Shown in pieces: positions 14,654 to 25,138 of a stretch of 32,000 nt of DNA (the first letter of the stretch is position 1; the number at the start of each line of letters is the position of its first letter). The stretch comes from Magnetococcales bacterium WMHbin3. Lineage in GTDB: Bacteria; Pseudomonadota; Magnetococcia; Magnetococcales; Magnetaquicoccaceae. The stretch lies in assembly GCA_002753185.1 (NCBI GenBank), contig PDZX01000001.1:128848-160847 (forward strand). The letters are read 5' to 3'. The translations under genes and the position numbers were made by a program. The notes beneath the pieces are model-generated. The model ran no database searches. It worked only from the letters and a program-made list of their open reading frames with translations, and was not told the origin of the DNA.

Positions 14654-16342
14654 ATGTTCAAGAACATGAAGCTCGCAACCCATCTGATGCTGCTCCTCCT
14701 GGTCGTGGAGGCCGGGGCGTTGGCGGGCGGGGGCAACGCCTTGCGCGTGGTCCAGCATCTGGAAAACCGGATCGCCAGCCTCGACGGGCGGGATTTCCCC
14801 CTGAACCTGGCGGTCGCGGACGCGGCCCGGCAGCAGATGGATCAGGTGTTGCGCTTCAGCGAGGTGCTGCTCTACGCCCAGGTGGATGACCGGCAGAACT
14901 TCGAGATCGCCAACGACGGTTTCATTCATGCCGGCAAGCGGCTCGCCAACGTGCTGATCGAGGCGCGCCACATCACCCAGAAGGCGCTGGATACCCCCGG
15001 TTCGGACGAGGAACGCAACCATCTGGAACGCATCAAGGGGGTGATGGGGGATTTGGAGAAAATCCATGGCGGCTATGAGCACCTGGCCGGCACCATCATT
15101 CGCGGGCAGTTCAAGTACCGTTTCCTGACCAAGGCCGGGCTGATCACCGGAACCGCCACCCAGAGCCAGGGCGAAGCGGAGCGGGAGTATCGCGAGGAGC
15201 TGAACAAGACCATCTCCAGCCTGGATGACGAAACCAAACGGCTGGAAAACAAACTCAAGGAGGCCTATCACCTCACCAAGGAGTTGCTGCGCAACCTGAG
15301 CGAACAGGCCGGACAGGAGAGGAAAATGGCATGGATCCTCTTTCTGCTCTGTTCGGGCGTGGCGCTGGTGGCCGGAGTGGCCTTGCTCCTGGCCGTGAAC
15401 CGCATCCATGGCCTCCGTTTCCGGGATCTGCAAAACGCCATCCGGCAGCGGGCGCTCCCCTTCGGCGAGAAGGCGGAATCCCTGCGCAAGACCGCGCAGC
15501 GGCTGGATCACTCGTTGAGCCATCAGGCGGAATCCAGCAGGCAACTGGCCGAAACGATGCAACATGCGCTAAGCGGCCTGGCCAACCTGGAGGGCCTCGC
15601 CGCCACGGCGGTCAGGGCGACCGTGGAGATCCAGGCGGTGATGGAGGGGAACGCCCACGGACTGACGGACGCGGATCGCGCGTTGCGGGAGTTCGGCGAG
15701 GCCGCGCGCCGTTCCATGGAGGAAGGAGAACACATCAACAAAAGCGTGGCGCAACTGGGCGGCCACGTCATGCGACTGAATCTGCTGGCCACCAGCGCCA
15801 GCGTGGAGGCCACCCGCGCCGAGGGCAAGCGCGGCTTTGCGATTTTTACCGATGAGATCAAGGAGATCTCGCAAAAGACACAGGGATGGATCGATGAGAT
15901 CGGCGAACGTTCCGCTGGCCTGCTCAAGGATCTTGCGGCGAGCCGCTCCGCGATGGAGCGGGCCGGGGGGACCCTGCGGGAGATCGCCGCCGCCGCCACC
16001 CGTCTGCAAGGAGTCGCCGGGGAAAAGTTGCAAGCCTCGCGGCAACTGGGGGGGCTGGTGGAGTCGGTACACTCCGACACCAGCGGATTGCACGAGCTGT
16101 TTGCCGCCTACTCCCGACTGCTGCTTGACAACGCGGGCGCCTGCCGTCAATTCCGGGAGCAGACCGAGGCCATCGAGGCGCTTCTCCAGGAGATCGGCGC
16201 CCTGATGGAGGATCGCCGGACGCAGACGGAGCGCCGGAGCGGACCCCCGATGGAACCCTCCCTGCCCGTGCCCCGTGCGCCATTCACCGGGGGCGATCTC
16301 AAGGTGGAGGATGGCGTGCTGAAACTGGAGAAGAAAGGATAA
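14654..16342 (+). CDS. methyl-accepting chemotaxis protein-like transducer (two TM helices, periplasmic helical domain, divergent signalling tip)
   Basis: It starts 4 nt after the channel gene's stop. TM1 is near the N-terminus and TM2 is MAWILFLLCSGVALVAGVALLLAV. An MCP hairpin-like block (RLNLLATSASVEATRAEGKRGFAIFTDEIKEISQKT) corresponds to the canonical NLLALNAAIEAARAGE.GRGFAVVA.EVR.LA. Confidence 0.85.
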   Translation: MFKNMKLATHLMLLLLVVEAGALAGGGNALRVVQHLENRIASLDGRDFPLNLAVADAARQQMDQVLRFSEVLLYAQVDDRQNFEIANDGFIHAGKRLANVLIEARHITQKALDTPGSDEERNHLERIKGVMGDLEKIHGGYEHLAGTIIRGQFKYRFLTKAGLITGTATQSQGEAEREYREELNKTISSLDDETKRLENKLKEAYHLTKELLRNLSEQAGQERKMAWILFLLCSGVALVAGVALLLAVNRIHGLRFRDLQNAIRQRALPFGEKAESLRKTAQRLDHSLSHQAESSRQLAETMQHALSGLANLEGLAATAVRATVEIQAVMEGNAHGLTDADRALREFGEAARRSMEEGEHINKSVAQLGGHVMRLNLLATSASVEATRAEGKRGFAIFTDEIKEISQKTQGWIDEIGERSAGLLKDLAASRSAMERAGGTLREIAAAATRLQGVAGEKLQASRQLGGLVESVHSDTSGLHELFAAYSRLLLDNAGACRQFREQTEAIEALLQEIGALMEDRRTQTERRSGPPMEPSLPVPRAPFTGGDLKVEDGVLKLEKKG

Positions 16343-16635
16343 TGGCGACGATGCCGGTTACGGTGGTGGTATGCGTCAAGGAGCGCGTATCGGGGAGTTC
16401 CTGCGCCGGAAGTGGCGGGGTGGCACTGGCGGATGCCGTGGAACGGGAACTGGCGCGCCAGGAGCTGCCCATTGGCGTCAAGCGGATCTTCTGCCTGGGG
16501 CAGTGCGAGCAGGGTCCGAACCTGCGCATCGCGCCCGGCGGGGCCTTTTTCCGCCGCATGACCATGGCGCGGCTCGGCGAGGTGGTGGAAGCGGCGCGCG
16601 TCGCGTATGAACAGGCCAGGGATCAGGCGCCCTGA
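16342..16635 (+). CDS. thioredoxin-like [2Fe-2S] ferredoxin family protein
   Basis: TAATG overlap with the MCP gene's stop. The cysteine pattern VCV...SC(x)...FCLGQCEQGPN, followed by P.G, is typical of the NuoE/thioredoxin-like ferredoxin fold. Confidence 0.75.
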   Translation: MATMPVTVVVCVKERVSGSSCAGSGGVALADAVERELARQELPIGVKRIFCLGQCEQGPNLRIAPGGAFFRRMTMARLGEVVEAARVAYEQARDQAP

Positions 16636-17099
16636 AGGCCGCGCAGCAGTTCGCTCCAGCGCTCGGTCTCGAAACGAACCGGTTCCGGGGCCGGGTCGAT
16701 GTACAGACGGGTACGCAATCCCTCTTCTTCGTCCGCCTCCCAGTCGATGGTGTAGCCGTTGCCTTCGATCAGGCGGAACAGCTCCAACAGGGCGGCGAGC
16801 ATCGCACGCTTCATGGTCGGGGCCTCCCGGTCGTAGAGCATCCGCAGCCACTCGTCGGCCTGGCCGTCGGCCAGCTTTTGCCACAGCAATGTCACCGGGG
16901 CGTCGTAGATGGTCCCTTCCCACTGATTTTCATAGGCGTCCCGATCCTGGCACTCCTCTTCGGGTTTGCCGATAATCAGCAGAATTTCCGCCTCCTCTTC
17001 CCCGGTCAGCAGATGGACCTCGCCGAAGGCGAAGGGATCTTCGTTCTTGTGGGTCTGAAACCATTTGCCGATTGCGCGGCACAGATCTTCGGTTCGCAT
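16623..17099 (-). CDS. acidic hypothetical protein (158 aa)
   Basis: I prefer the ATG at 17099 (MRTEDLC), because the track start at 17162 would overlap the upstream Nudix gene. Codon usage is host-like. No motif recognised. Confidence 0.55.
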   Translation of the reverse strand: MRTEDLCRAIGKWFQTHKNEDPFAFGEVHLLTGEEEAEILLIIGKPEEECQDRDAYENQWEGTIYDAPVTLLWQKLADGQADEWLRMLYDREAPTMKRAMLAALLELFRLIEGNGYTIDWEADEEEGLRTRLYIDPAPEPVRFETERWSELLRGLQGA

Positions 17100-17115
17100 G
17101 GGGGAGGACCTCGTT

Positions 17116-17766
17116 TCAGCGGAGCAGATGATAATAGCGCTGCATGAAGAGGCGCGCGCCATCGGCGTAATTCCAGGGACTGGTCAGCAGGTCGGCCAGC
17201 AGATCCTGGCGGTTGACGAGGCGGTGATCCCTGGCCTCCTGGTCCACGAAGCGCATGGGGCCATCGTAGGTCCCGGCGTAGACCGCCACGTTGTGGCGTT
17301 TCAGCCAGGGTTCTCCGCCGCGCACCCGGCTGATGGCCCCCTGCCAGGGGTCGTAGTCGATCATGCGGATCACCGCCTGAACGTTTGTGTCGATGGTACC
17401 GGATTGCAGCAGGCGGTGGTAATGGAGGTCGTCGCTGGCGATGACCACCTGTTCCACGCCGATCTCCTCGGCCATCTCCTTGCGGGCATTGGCGTCGAAA
17501 TCCTCGCGGGTGAGATGGGGGTTTTCCGTCACCACATGGCCGCCCACCGCCTTGTCCCACATGAAGGGATTTTCCGGTTTGTCGCCGCGTTGCACCAGGT
17601 GGATCTGTCCGGAACGGGTCAGGAGGATGATGTGGACCACCGGCACGGCGAGATGGGCATCGCCGTGCCGCAAGGAGTGGTCCCGGATCTCCCGGAGCAG
17701 GGCGACCCGTTCTCCGGTCTTGACGTAATGGCCGTGGCTGTCGGTGGCGTGCAGCAATTCGCTCAT
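17116..17766 (-). CDS. NUDIX-family hydrolase
   Basis: Nudix-box-like GGHVVTE...ARKEMAEEIGV, with a longer than canonical spacer. The ATG at 17766 (MSELLH) or at 17796 could be the start. Confidence 0.75.
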   Translation of the reverse strand: MSELLHATDSHGHYVKTGERVALLREIRDHSLRHGDAHLAVPVVHIILLTRSGQIHLVQRGDKPENPFMWDKAVGGHVVTENPHLTREDFDANARKEMAEEIGVEQVVIASDDLHYHRLLQSGTIDTNVQAVIRMIDYDPWQGAISRVRGGEPWLKRHNVAVYAGTYDGPMRFVDQEARDHRLVNRQDLLADLLTSPWNYADGARLFMQRYYHLLR

Positions 17767-18015
17767 GGGTGTCGCTCGGTTCTTGAGGGGTGTCACTTGG
17801 CGAGAGTATAGCGGAAAAGCCGATCACGCGCGAATGGGAAATCGCGTCAACCAAGGCAGAGTCTCGAGTGATCGGCAACACAATCCCATCCGTCCGGGTA
17901 AACGGTAATTTTTTATGGAACGCAATCGCAAAATGAGGATAACATGGATCGGATCAGTGGCGAGGGCCGCGCCTGTTCCGTCCTGGCCTGATATTTCCCA
18001 TCGCGAGGGGGTCGT

Positions 18016-21000
18016 ATGTCGGATCGCACCCGATTTTTGTTTCTCATGGCCATCATGGTGGGGGTTGCCTGTCTGATCGGCGGCATTGCGGTCTATTTTC
18101 TCTATCAGACCGCCCTGGAGCAGGAGGCGGTGCAGTTGCGGGAAAACGTGATGGGCCAGGCCCGCTTCATGGAGTCGGTGGCAAAGGTTGACGCGCAGCA
18201 AAGCCAGGAACTCTCCCGGCTCGCTGACCAGGATTTCGGCCCGATCACCCGATCCTGCCGCGACAATCCCCGCCGCGCCTCGCTGGACCAGATCCGTCAC
18301 GCCCAGAGCCAATACCAGGGCATCGATGCGGGCAGCGAACGGCTTCTGGCCCAACGGGTCAACGACACCATCGTATTCCTTTGGAGCCATCGCGGCCAGA
18401 CTTTCGACCAACCCGCGCCCATCCCCTGGGATTCCAACCTGGCAGAACCCATGCGCCGGGCGTTATCGGGTCAGTCCGGGTCCATGATCGGTGTCGATGA
18501 TCATGGCCGGAAGATGTTGGCGGCCTATGAGCCGGTGGCGTTGTTGCATTTGGGATTGGTCGCCACGATCGACATCGCGGTGTTCCAAAGGCCCTTTCGG
18601 CAAGCAGGCGGGATGGTCATTGGTTTCGGCCTGGTGACGTTGGGCCTGGGCGCTGCGATCTTCTCCTGGACCGGCGGTCCCTTGTTGGCGCGCATCATTC
18701 AGAGCGAGCGGCGTTTTTCCACCTTGGTGGAGAACCTCGATGTGGGCATCTATCGCAACACCGGCGGTCCCCACGGGCGTTTTCTGGAGGCCAACCCGGC
18801 CATCGCCCGCATGTTCGGCTACGACAGCGTGGAGGCCTTTCGCGCCGTAGCCGTGACCGACCTTTACCAGTCGCCGGAAGAGCGCCGGATGTTCGTCGCC
18901 ATGATGAAGCGGGATGGCGAGTGCCACGGTCAGGTGCTGAGGCTGAAGAAACGCGATGGCGCCCCCATCCTGGCGGCGGTCACCGCCAAGGTCAGTTTTG
19001 CCGAGGACGGTTCCATCCGGTGGATCGACGGGATGATCGAGGACATCACCGCCCAGAGGGAGGCCGAGGCCGCTCTGCGTCTCGCCAAGCAGGAGCTGGA
19101 GTTGCAGGTGGGGTGTGTCAATCGCATCCAGAACCTGTTCATCGAGGCGACCCCCTCGACCACGTTGTTCGGGGAACTCCTCGATGAACTGCTCAAGGCA
19201 ACCCGCAGCGCCTATGGCTTCATCGCCAGCGTGGAAAACGACGGCGACGGACAACCTTTCCTGCAAAATCTGGCCATCACCAATATCGCCTGGGATGAAG
19301 CCACGCGACGCCATTATGACGAACACGCCCCTTCCGGCCTCCGCTTTCCCATCAAACAGGCCCTGTATGCCGCCCCATATACCACACGCGAGGTCGTCAT
19401 CGCCAACGATCCGGCCAACGACCCGCGACGGGGCGGCTTGCCTCCCGGTCATCCCCCCCTGGAGGCGTTTCTCGGCATTCCTCTCTGGCGGGAAGAGAAG
19501 ATCATCGGGGTTCTGGGGCTGGCCAACCGTCCCGGAGGTTATGATGCCGGTCTGGTCTCCTTGCTGGAGCCGGTTCTGTCAGCCACGGTCCGCATCCTGG
19601 AAAGCCATCGCCTGCTGGGACAGATACGGCTGAGCCAGGAGATTCTCGCCAACATGGCCGAAGGGGTGGCCCTGATCCGCAGCCGGGACGGGACCATCGT
19701 CCACGCCAACCCCAAGTTCGAGGCCCTGTTCGGTTATGCACCGGGCGCGTTGACCGATCGCAACATCGCGGTCATCAACAGCGATGGCCAGAGGGAAGGG
19801 GAGGTGCTCAACCGGCGGCGGGACGGCTCCACCCTGTGGTGCCAGGTCAAGGTCACCACCTTCCGGCATCACCAGCACGGTGACGTCTGGCTGACCATCC
19901 AGCAGGACATCACCGAGCGCAAGAAAGCAGAGACCCTGCGGCAAAAAAACGAGATGCGCCTGCGCAAGCTCCTGGATCTGGACCGGCAATTGCCGAACCT
20001 CGACGAAGCCGGCTTGTGCCGCCAGGCCTTGGAGATCGCCGTGGCGGTGACCGACAGCGGGATCGGCTACCTGCACCTGCTCAACGAGGATCAGGACACC
20101 ATTCGTCTCATGGCCTGGAACGATACCGCGCTGGAGCAATGCCGCGCCGTCTACCACGGCCACTATCCCCTTGCCAAGGCGGGCATCTGGGCCGACTCCG
20201 CGCGGCTGCGGCGCACCGTGGTCCACAACGACTATCCCAACGAACGCAACCGCAAGGGGATTCCCGATGGCCACTTCCCGGTATCGCGGCACATGGGCAC
20301 GCCGGTGATGATGGGAGACAGGGTCCACTTGATCCTCGGCGTGGGCAACAAGGAGACCCCCTACGACGATAACGACATCCTCCAGTTGCAAATGGCGGCC
20401 AAGGAGGTGCAGATGTTCCTGACCCGCTGGCAGGATCAGGAGACCATCCGCGCCGCGCTCGCCCAGGCCGAGGCCGCCAGCCGGGCCAAGGGGGATTTCC
20501 TGGCTGTCATGAGCCACGAAATCCGCACCCCGATGAACATTGTCATCGGTATGGGGGAACTCCTGCTGGAAACCCGGTTGGATGAGATGCAGCGCGGCTA
20601 CGTCATCAAACTCCAGCAGGCGGGCGGCAACCTGCTGGAGTTGATCAACCAGATTCTCGACCTCTCGAAGATCGAGGCGGGTCGGATGCGGATTGTGGAT
20701 GAGCCGATCCCGATCACGGGGTTGATCGACGAGGTGGTCGGTTTGCTGGAGGTCATTGCCCGCGACAAGGGAGTGGCATTGCGCGCCGGGGTGGATGGGG
20801 CCGTGCCGCCCTGGATCCTGGGAGACCGGTTGCGACTGAAGCAGGTGTTGTTCAACCTGATGGGCAACGCCATCAAGTTCACCGAGCATGGACATGTCCA
20901 TGTGTCGGCGACGGTGGCGCCGGGCAGGCCGACCATGCTGCGCGTCATGGTGCAAGATACCGGTATCGGCATTGCCGCCGAGGAGATCGACGCCATCTTC

Positions 21001-21624
21001 GGGGCCTTTACCCAGGCGGACGCCAGCATCACGCGGCGTTATGGCGGCACCGGCCTGGGGCTGGCCCTGTGCCGCTCCCTGGTGGAGTTGATGGGGGGGC
21101 GCATCCAGGTGGAAAGCAAGGTTGGGGAAGGGAGTGCATTCCAGGTCATTCTGCCCCTCAAGGAAGCGCTCCCGCCCGTCACAATGGATGACGACAAGAT
21201 CACGGAGTGCGCGAACCGGGACATCGCCTCTCCCTTGCGCATTCTGTTGGCCGAGGATGTCGAGGAGAATCAGTTCCTCATGAGCGCCTATCTCAGGGCC
21301 ACGCCCTACCGGTTGACCTTCGTCAATAACGGCGGGGAGGCGGTGGCCAAGGTCCGGTCGGAGCCGTTCGACCTGGTTTTCATGGACGTGCAGATGCCCA
21401 TCATGGACGGCTACACCGCCACCCGCGCCATCCGTCAGTGGGAACGGGAAACCAGTCGCCACCCCCTGCCCATCGTCGCCCTGACCTGTAATGCCCTGGA
21501 AGGGGAAGCAGAACGCAGCAGGCATGCCGGCTGTGACCTCTATTTGAGCAAGCCTGTCAAAAAACAACAATTAATGGAAGTGATTCAACAGATCGTCTCA
21601 CCACGCGGCGGTCTTCGCATGTAA
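18016..21624 (+). CDS. hybrid sensor histidine kinase (2 TM, periplasmic domain, PAS-GAF-PAS-GAF, HisKA, HATPase_c, receiver)
   Basis: H-box [16 protein letters not shown] boxes ([34 protein letters not shown]), and a receiver domain with [14 protein letters not shown]. Confidence 0.95.
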   Translation: MSDRTRFLFLMAIMVGVACLIGGIAVYFLYQTALEQEAVQLRENVMGQARFMESVAKVDAQQSQELSRLADQDFGPITRSCRDNPRRASLDQIRHAQSQYQGIDAGSERLLAQRVNDTIVFLWSHRGQTFDQPAPIPWDSNLAEPMRRALSGQSGSMIGVDDHGRKMLAAYEPVALLHLGLVATIDIAVFQRPFRQAGGMVIGFGLVTLGLGAAIFSWTGGPLLARIIQSERRFSTLVENLDVGIYRNTGGPHGRFLEANPAIARMFGYDSVEAFRAVAVTDLYQSPEERRMFVAMMKRDGECHGQVLRLKKRDGAPILAAVTAKVSFAEDGSIRWIDGMIEDITAQREAEAALRLAKQELELQVGCVNRIQNLFIEATPSTTLFGELLDELLKATRSAYGFIASVENDGDGQPFLQNLAITNIAWDEATRRHYDEHAPSGLRFPIKQALYAAPYTTREVVIANDPANDPRRGGLPPGHPPLEAFLGIPLWREEKIIGVLGLANRPGGYDAGLVSLLEPVLSATVRILESHRLLGQIRLSQEILANMAEGVALIRSRDGTIVHANPKFEALFGYAPGALTDRNIAVINSDGQREGEVLNRRRDGSTLWCQVKVTTFRHHQHGDVWLTIQQDITERKKAETLRQKNEMRLRKLLDLDRQLPNLDEAGLCRQALEIAVAVTDSGIGYLHLLNEDQDTIRLMAWNDTALEQCRAVYHGHYPLAKAGIWADSARLRRTVVHNDYPNERNRKGIPDGHFPVSRHMGTPVMMGDRVHLILGVGNKETPYDDNDILQLQMAAKEVQMFLTRWQDQETIRAALAQAEAASRAKGDFLAVMSHEIRTPMNIVIGMGELLLETRLDEMQRGYVIKLQQAGGNLLELINQILDLSKIEAGRMRIVDEPIPITGLIDEVVGLLEVIARDKGVALRAGVDGAVPPWILGDRLRLKQVLFNLMGNAIKFTEHGHVHVSATVAPGRPTMLRVMVQDTGIGIAAEEIDAIFGAFTQADASITRRYGGTGLGLALCRSLVELMGGRIQVESKVGEGSAFQVILPLKEALPPVTMDDDKITECANRDIASPLRILLAEDVEENQFLMSAYLRATPYRLTFVNNGGEAVAKVRSEPFDLVFMDVQMPIMDGYTATRAIRQWERETSRHPLPIVALTCNALEGEAERSRHAGCDLYLSKPVKKQQLMEVIQQIVSPRGGLRM

Positions 21625-21765
21625 CGGGCCGACACAGTGCGCATCAGCTTACAAAACGTTACGATTTCACCCCTGGCACACCACCGCCGGATATGTTCCA
21701 ATCCCCGCACCATCGGATGATGCGTTTTACCACAATGGGAATATAATTATTATTGGCCGTCAACC

Positions 21766-24738
21766 ATGGACAAGGATAAGAAACGTACGCTTCTGCTGTG
21801 GACCGGGGTATTGGTCCTGAACCTCCTGGTGGCGGGGTTGGCTTCGGTCAATCTGCGTGCCAGCTGGCTTTCGTATAACAGCAGCGCGGAAATCGCCACC
21901 CAGAATCTGGCACTGAGTCTGGAACGGGAAATCGCGGGCCTTTTCGTGAGCGTCGATATGACGTTGACGAGCATGCTGGATGAATTTTCCGCCAACGCGG
22001 GCAAGATGCCTACCTCGCAATGGAACGCCAGCATGCGGCGACGCCCCATTGCCTTGCCTGTGCCAGTCGATCTGGGAGCCGCCGACGTACAGGGCAGGGT
22101 GATTTGGGGGCAGGTGGCGGATCTGGGTGAGACAGAGGATTTGTCCTCGCAGGAGTGGTTTGCCGCGCAACAGGAGGACAAGGCGGATCGGTTGCAGATC
22201 TCGTTGTCCACGCCTTCACCGAAAACAGGACGAAGGTTGATTGTGCTTACCCGTCATCTGTGGGATGAGCAGGGCAACTTCGCTGGCGTTGTCGCCGCCA
22301 CCGTGTCGATGTCAAAACTGGAAGAAAGATTTTCAAATGTGGAACTGGGAACCAATGGCTCGATCGCACTGCGTGACCGGCAACTGCGCCTGCTGTTGCG
22401 TTATCCCCCTCTGCCGGATGGGGGAAAAATCGGCTCCGCGCAAATCTCGGATGATTTCACCCAGGCCTTGGCCACCAACCGCAACCAGGGAACCTATCGC
22501 GCCCAAGCCACTTCCATCGATGGGATCAGGCGCATCCATGGCTACCGCTACAATCCGGATTACGCATTTTTCATCAATGTCGGGATTGTCGAGGCGGAGC
22601 ATTTTGCTCCCTGGCACGCAGATTTTATTTATATAATTATTATATTAATAATTTTCATACTCATTACGGTGTTGTTGGCGATCTGGTTGCAGCGCAGCCT
22701 GCGGCAAGCTCAGGAAAACACCGAACGTTACCATGTGCTTTTCGAGACCGCGCCGGATGCGATTTTCCTTGCCGGCCTCGATGGCATCCTCCAGCACGCC
22801 AATAACGCCGCCTGCCGGTTGTTGGGACGTGGCTTGGAGGAAATCCGCGGTCTCCATCAATCCCGGCTCCATCCTCCCGGCATCGAACAAGAGGTGCGTG
22901 CCGTGTTTTGCGAGCACGCCAACCAGGCCATGGGTCTTGCCGGCAGAGGCCATGAATCGGCGGTCCAGCATGCGGATGGCCGGGTCATTCCCGTCGAAAT
23001 CCTGGGGAGTGTGCACCACTGGGGCGGACGAACCGTGCTACAAGGGGTATTTCGGGACATCAGCGACCGCAAACAGGCCGAGGAAAAGATATGTCGCGCC
23101 AAGGATGTGGCCGAGGCAACCGTGGACGAACTGCTCCGTGCCAATGCGTTCCTGGAACAGATGTTCAACACGACTCATTTGGCCGTGGTATTTTTGGATC
23201 GGGAGTTCCATTTCATTCGCGTGAACCGCGCCTACGCCCAGGCATGCGGGTTGGAACCGGATGATTTTTTGGGCAAGAATCATTTCGATATCTTCCCTCA
23301 TGCGGAGAACGAAGCCATTTTCCGGCAGGTGGTGGAGACCGGCGAGCCTTTCACCATTCTTGCCAAGCCCTTTGCCTATCCTGACCACCCGGAATGGGGC
23401 ACGACCTATTGGGACTGGTCCCTCTATCCGATCCGGGGCGCCCAGGGAGCCGTGGCGTGGCTCATCTTCATGCTGCGGGACGTCACCGAGGACAAACGTG
23501 CCCAACTGGCGCTGGTGGAGGCCAAGGAACAGGCCGAGGCCGCCAATCGCGCCAAGAGTCAATTTCTGGCCGCCATGAGCCACGAAATCCGTACCCCGAT
23601 GAACGTGGTCATCGGCATGGGGGATGTGCTCCTGGAAACCGATCTCAGCGAGGCGCAGCGTGGCTGTTTGCGCAAGCAGCAGGAGGCGGGCAACAACCTG
23701 TTGGACTTGATCAACCAGATCCTCGATTTCAGCAAGATCGAGGCCGCGAAGATGCAGATCGTCGCGGAACCGTTGCGGATCGAGGAGATTCTGCAAGAGG
23801 TTGTCGCACTGTTGCGGGTGGTGGCCACCGGCAAGGGGCTGGCGCTCCATTACCGGATCGGGGAGAGCGTGCCGCGCTGGGTGATGGGGGACCGGCTGCG
23901 TTTGAAGCAGCTGTTGATCAATCTGGCGGGCAATTCGGTCAAATTCACCGAACAGGGCGCGGTCAGTCTGGAAGTGGAGCGGCTGACCGATGCACCCGGC
24001 AGGCTCCTGTTGATGGTGCGGGACACCGGCATCGGCATCGACTCGAACTGCCTGTCTACCATTTTCAATGTCTTTACCCAGGCGGATTCCAGCGTTACCC
24101 GGCGTTATGGCGGCACGGGGCTTGGCTTGGCCATCTCCCGTTCCCTGGTGGAATTGATGGGGGGCACGATCGAGGTGGAAAGCAGGGTCGGAGCAGGGAG
24201 TTGTTTCCGGTTGGTCCTTCCCTTGCAGGCGGCACAACCACCGGAACCGGTCGACAAAGCGCCAGCCGATGGTGAGACCGTGCGGGCCGCCGCGATGGCA
24301 CAGCGCATTTTGCTGGTGGAGGATGCCGAGGACAACCAGATCCTGATCCGCACGTTTCTGCAATCCACGCCGCACCGCCTGACGATCGCCAACAATGGCG
24401 AGGAGGCGTGCCAGCAGGTGCGGGAGTCGGAATTCGATCTCGTCCTGATGGATGTGCAGATGCCGATCATGGATGGCTATACCGCCACCCGACTGATCCG
24501 CGACTGGGAGCGCCGGACCGCACGGCGGCCCATGGTGATCGTCGCCCTCACCGCGCATGCCATCGAGGGGGAGGAGGAACGCAGCCGGGAAGCAGGCTGC
24601 GATTTGTACTACAGCAAGCCGATCAGGAAACAGCGCCTGTTGGGGGTGATTGAACGGATTGGGGCCAGGGTGATGACGGATGAACGCAGTGCGCTTGGAA
24701 CGCCGGACGGTGCGAATCCAACCTCCGGAAGGGATTGA
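21766..24738 (+). CDS. hybrid sensor histidine kinase (Cache-like periplasmic domain, TM, 2x PAS, HisKA, HATPase_c, receiver)
   Basis: H-box [14 protein letters not shown], HATPase blocks ([34 protein letters not shown]), and a receiver domain with [14 protein letters not shown]. The C-terminal ~400 aa are clearly paralogous to the preceding kinase. Confidence 0.95.
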   Translation: MDKDKKRTLLLWTGVLVLNLLVAGLASVNLRASWLSYNSSAEIATQNLALSLEREIAGLFVSVDMTLTSMLDEFSANAGKMPTSQWNASMRRRPIALPVPVDLGAADVQGRVIWGQVADLGETEDLSSQEWFAAQQEDKADRLQISLSTPSPKTGRRLIVLTRHLWDEQGNFAGVVAATVSMSKLEERFSNVELGTNGSIALRDRQLRLLLRYPPLPDGGKIGSAQISDDFTQALATNRNQGTYRAQATSIDGIRRIHGYRYNPDYAFFINVGIVEAEHFAPWHADFIYIIIILIIFILITVLLAIWLQRSLRQAQENTERYHVLFETAPDAIFLAGLDGILQHANNAACRLLGRGLEEIRGLHQSRLHPPGIEQEVRAVFCEHANQAMGLAGRGHESAVQHADGRVIPVEILGSVHHWGGRTVLQGVFRDISDRKQAEEKICRAKDVAEATVDELLRANAFLEQMFNTTHLAVVFLDREFHFIRVNRAYAQACGLEPDDFLGKNHFDIFPHAENEAIFRQVVETGEPFTILAKPFAYPDHPEWGTTYWDWSLYPIRGAQGAVAWLIFMLRDVTEDKRAQLALVEAKEQAEAANRAKSQFLAAMSHEIRTPMNVVIGMGDVLLETDLSEAQRGCLRKQQEAGNNLLDLINQILDFSKIEAAKMQIVAEPLRIEEILQEVVALLRVVATGKGLALHYRIGESVPRWVMGDRLRLKQLLINLAGNSVKFTEQGAVSLEVERLTDAPGRLLLMVRDTGIGIDSNCLSTIFNVFTQADSSVTRRYGGTGLGLAISRSLVELMGGTIEVESRVGAGSCFRLVLPLQAAQPPEPVDKAPADGETVRAAAMAQRILLVEDAEDNQILIRTFLQSTPHRLTIANNGEEACQQVRESEFDLVLMDVQMPIMDGYTATRLIRDWERRTARRPMVIVALTAHAIEGEEERSREAGCDLYYSKPIRKQRLLGVIERIGARVMTDERSALGTPDGANPTSGRD

Positions 24739-25138
24739 GTTGCTGCTCAATATTGCTCAAAACCATTGCAATCTCGATGTGTTGTTATTGAATCTCGGCG
24801 CGGGTGGCTGTGGGGTCGAGTTGCCCCGGGACGAAGCGCTGCCGGAGATCGGCATTGCCTCGGAATTGACGTTGCATTGGTGTATCGACCAGCGCATTCG
24901 TTTGCGAGGCGCCCTGTTGCGCATCCACCACCATCCCGGCCCTCTGCTGACCGGTCATCTGCACTTTGCCATGGACGATCCCCGCGCGCTCCAGGAGATC
25001 ACCGCCCTGGTTTTCCGACTGGAACGGGTCCATCTGCGCGCCTTGGGCAACTGGTCGCACCCGGAGAATGCCTTTTTCGAGCCTCGAAAACCGCCTGCCA
25101 GGGGATATGCGCGCCGGTCCATCTGCCGTAGCTGTTGA
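24680..25138 (+). CDS. PilZ-domain-like protein (possible c-di-GMP receptor)
   Basis: An RxxxR-like ERRTVRI near the N-terminus is followed by NLGAGGCGV, resembling the (D/N)xSxxG PilZ motif. It overlaps the kinase's 3' end by 59 bp, so the start is uncertain. Confidence 0.5.
   Translation: MNAVRLERRTVRIQPPEGIELLLNIAQNHCNLDVLLLNLGAGGCGVELPRDEALPEIGIASELTLHWCIDQRIRLRGALLRIHHHPGPLLTGHLHFAMDDPRALQEITALVFRLERVHLRALGNWSHPENAFFEPRKPPARGYARRSICRSC

Noticed and set aside
12469-14736. 755-aa minus-strand ORF antisense to the PBP-pLGIC gene
   Set aside because: It has no recognisable motif. The opposite strand has unambiguous PBP, YPFDQQ and 4-TM features. This is a GC-rich shadow ORF.
19579-21570. 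663-aa minus-strand ORF antisense to histidine kinase 1 (likewise 23038..24750 antisense to kinase 2, and 18463..19452)
   Set aside because: The plus-strand frames carry complete H, N, G and receiver boxes. The antisense translations are low-complexity.
21674-21688. TGGCAC hexamer upstream of kinase 2 resembling a sigma-54 -24 element
   Set aside because: The expected -12 GC dinucleotide is displaced by one base and there is no TTGC(A/T) match. No enhancer-binding protein is in the window.
22621-22665. Short, very AT-rich stretch inside histidine kinase 2 that looks like an insertion
   Set aside because: It encodes the Ile/Leu/Phe-rich transmembrane helix IYIIIILIIFILITVLL in frame. Amino-acid content explains the composition.
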